Assembly: GCA_013265495.1 (NCBI GenBank)
Contig: MU057560.1
Coordinates: 3,160,909 to 3,224,908, forward strand
Source: Vicugna vicugna
Taxonomy: Eukaryota
Direction: 5' to 3'
DNA: 64,000 nt
A program made the position numbers and the translations under genes. The notes beneath the pieces are model-generated. The model had not been told where the DNA came from. It ran no database searches and saw nothing but the letters and a program-made list of their open reading frames with translations. Positions 60,947-64,000 of this stretch are shown piece by piece. Each line of letters starts with the position of its first letter. Positions within the stretch are counted from its first letter, which is position 1.

Positions 60947-63765
60947 CTGCAAGCAGAATAGAGATGTCGCTGCAGACAGCGTTCCAGCACGAGTCCCAGC
61001 CATTATGGCGCCTTCAGTCCCACCAAGCGTGTCCCCAGAGAAGCCGGGTCCCTCACCGGGCAGCAGGGGCATGTTGCTGGCTGTGCGGCCACGCTGGCCC
61101 CTCCTGCCCCGTCTGCATCCCGCAGGGGGAGGGCACCGGCCTCTCACGGTCCCACCAGCCTGTCACCCGCCCCCGGGGTTCACATATCTGCACTCTCCAC
61201 CTCGAAAAGGTGGCTCAGTTTCTCAAAGTTATTCCTGAGCTTCTGATTTTAATTTCAGTGCTATTTATTTGTCTGACATTTTCTGGGTATCTTTGCGCTG
61301 CAAGTTGTTTTAGTGAAAAATGTAAAGACAAATCTGGAAAGTTTGTAAGAAAAGAGGAAGCAGCTAGAGACTCAGCAGGGGGCCGGGGTCGGGCCTGGCT
61401 CCTGCTTCCCGGGGTGAACTGGGGATCCAAGTCCAGTGTCCCGTCTCAGGCAAGTCAGGACCCGTCCTGAGCTCGGTCCCCATTTTGGGAAATAGAGGGA
61501 CAGGAAAGGGACCTCGGTCCTGTTCCCCACGGCCCCCACCACCGGGGAGCAGACACCTGCCGACCTGGGGGCCCAGGTGAGGTGGGACAGGTGCTGGCAG
61601 GGCACCTCCCCCATCCAGAGACCAGCCTTCCAGAAGCCCACAGGGGCGGCTGCGCCCCCGGCTCCTGTCAGCTCTGATCCCCGCCCGGGACGCCTTGCTG
61701 GGCGCTGGACGGGCACTGGGGCCACGGGCAGTGAGGAGGCCCCCGAGCAGGGGGCACATCTCCTGAACTCTCCGCAGCAGCGAGACCGACCCGAGGCCAG
61801 GACGCGGCGTCCCTGCAGTCAGGTGATCAGCCACGGCCCTTCCAACCCACTCGGCAGTTCCAGAGAGAAGCCACAGACCCTGCGTGTCCTGTCACCAGGA
61901 TGGGTGATGGGCGGGCCCTGGTGGACGTCAGGGCCAGGCTGTCCGGCCAGAGCTGGCAGCGGCCTGGCACACGCGCCCTGGTTTCTTTTGGCTTGAACAT
62001 TTTCAAAGCCAACATTAGCCTTCAAAGCCTGTTTCTAGGGGGACACATCACGTCAGGCAGGGGTACCAGAGCAGCAGGTGAAGCTGAATCTGACCTGGAA
62101 ATCGGGTTCATTTGATCAAAACCGACACTGCATTAAAGTCCAGATTTCTCACTTTCTTGGAAAATGACAGAAATGTGACTCTTCTGGGGTAAAGTTCCCA
62201 AGTGGCAGTAAGTGTCGGGGTGGAGTGGGGCTGCCCGCTCCACAGGGACCCCACCTGCCACCCACCGGGTCTGCGGGCATGAGCGTCCCCTGCAGGGAGG
62301 CAGGGCGGCCCCATCACTCAGGTGGCCCGAATCCCCGTCGCTCACGAGGACAGAGCCGAGAGCCAGCGGGTGTGGCCGTGTTTGCCACTGGGCCCCAGGG
62401 CCCCAGGGTGCAAGGTGTTCATTGTATCACCAGTGCGCGGACGAGGAAGTCAGCAGGCTGGTGCTCACTGCTGCTGTGACCTCCGGCTTCTCCTCGAGAA
62501 GCACAGACCGTTTACAGGATCACGTCCACAGTGCCCGGCACAGCCCGGGAAGCAGCGGACCTCCTTCTGGACTCGAGCAGCAGGAGCGGAGCCGGCGAAC
62601 CACCCCGAGAAATCACGGTAAATTGCAGGTCTGCATGCTGACGGCCGGCGCCAGCCTTGGAGTGGAGCTCCCAGGAGGGAGGCTGGGCTCCTTTACGACC
62701 TCACGGCCCCGCCGAATGTTTCCTGGCCAGAATCGGGTGCGGGCAGCTCCCAGAGACGCAGGTTCCCATCCGCTGGCTCCAGGCGAGGCAGCACACCGGT
62801 GTCCTGGCCCCACGAAGGCCGGGCCGTGGGAATCAGACGCTGCTGGATGTGATGGCGAAGGAGACCCTGACAGATGCCCGAGCAAAATGTGCGGCCTGTT
62901 TGTCAGCGGATGACCTGCGTGCTCGGAGAGGGGAAGGACACTGAGGGTGGCCCAGCAGCAGGGCCTGTCCCCAGGCCTAACGACCGTGCGGGGCTGCCCG
63001 CAGCACACGCAGGGGCCTCCCGACCCAAGCTCCTGCAGGAGCGAGGCCGTAAGCCTGGCCAACCCAGACCGAGTCTGTGCACCTGTGGTGGCACTGCCTC
63101 GTCTGCGTCCTGGGACCGGAACCAGGCCAACAACATCACGCACAAAGTCCCGCTGCTCGACCAGGGATTCTCTTGCAGGCGAGCAGGCAGAGCACCACGC
63201 GGACGGGCTCCGAGAAGGCTCGGGAAAGTGAGGACCATCCACTTTTGCTTAAACCGTAGCTCCCGACCACATCCGGCAACCAGGCCTTCTTCCTGTTTCC
63301 CTCGACCCTGTAACCAGCTTCCAAGGCACGGACTGGCCGTGGACCTTGAGTCTGTTTCGTCCACCGCTCTGCCCACTTCTTCCTGTGGCTTCTGTCCGCA
63401 GTGCTTCCCCGACACCACAGGGGTCATTCCCCAGGGGCTTATCAGTGACTGGGAGCAAATCTAAACATCCCTGACTTTCTTCTTTCTTTCTCCAAGTGCT
63501 GTCACTGGGGGAGCCTGGGACTAGCGGTGCTGGATAAGTGCTGAGTGAAAGAGCCGATGAGTGGGTGGGTGGGTTTTAATTTCATGTCATCTGTAAGCTC
63601 TAGGTTTCTATTAATTCACTCCTGATAAATGAGTAACTTTTCATCTATATCCTCAAAGAGAAATTTGAACAGCTGTAATATTTTTTCTGCTTACCTCTAA
63701 TTAAACCTATTATTTTAAAATGATCAATGCCAATAATTATTAATAATAAAATCAGTTGGTGTCAG

Positions 63766-64000
63766 TATGATCCAGCAATCCCACTCCTGGGCATATATCC
63801 AGAGGAAACTCTAATTTGAAAAGACACCTGCACCCCAGTGTTCATANNNNNNNNNNNNNNNNNNNNNNNNNNNNNNNNNNNNNNNNNNNNNNNNNNNNNN
63901 NNNNNNNNNNNNNNNNNNNNNNNNNNNNNNNNNNNNNNNNNNNNNNNNNNNNNNNNNNNNNNNNNNNNNNNNNNNNNNNTCTGCAACATGGATGGGCCTG
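63766..64000 (+). mobile_element. Younger L1 ORF2 end / 3' UTR, interrupted by a gap
   Basis: tatgatccagcaatcccactcctgggcatatatccagag..aaagacacctgcaccccagtgttcata..gcaacatggatgggcctg. Confidence 0.9.
63847..63979. other. Assembly gap (133 N)
   Basis: Run of N inside the L1 fragment. Confidence 1.

Noticed and set aside
60947-64000. SNTG2 exon 7 equivalent (VHLLRNAGDEV..)
   Set aside because: Not found on the minus strand; presumably beyond the right edge, so absence here is not evidence of deletion.
1-64000. Prokaryotic-type systems (CRISPR arrays, operons, rRNA)
   Set aside because: The sequence is spliced mammalian DNA; no repeat-spacer array or rRNA is present.

Overview
Mammalian genomic DNA, GC-rich and subtelomere-like. 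Five copies of a tRNA-Ala-derived SINE suggest a camelid (inference). The window holds the 3' two-thirds of the gamma-2-syntrophin gene (SNTG2) on the minus strand: ten exons equivalent to human exons 8-17, located by translating the minus strand and matching to the human protein as I recall it. Exons 8, 11, 13, 14, 16 and 17 have open frames and canonical AG/GT splice sites. Four exons are damaged. Exon 9 is 7 nt short, shifts frame and ends in TGA. Exon 10 is 2 nt short. The exon 12 donor reads GA instead of GT. Exon 15 is 9 nt short with an AT donor followed by an in-frame TAG. The main finding is that SNTG2 looks like a recently inactivated unitary pseudogene in this lineage. The two frameshifts sum to -9 nt and are separated by a single stop codon. 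Downstream of the gene (left end) lies a CpG island with candidate minus-strand non-coding exons pointing toward where TPO sits in mammalian synteny; no TPO exon is visible. Introns contain Tigger1, L1, MIR, MLT1 and ERV LTR remnants, two adjacent duplications with a period near 430 bp, a 24-bp minisatellite grown from a SINE head, and two assembly gaps. All comparisons to human and to repeat consensus sequences are from memory and need confirmation by alignment.
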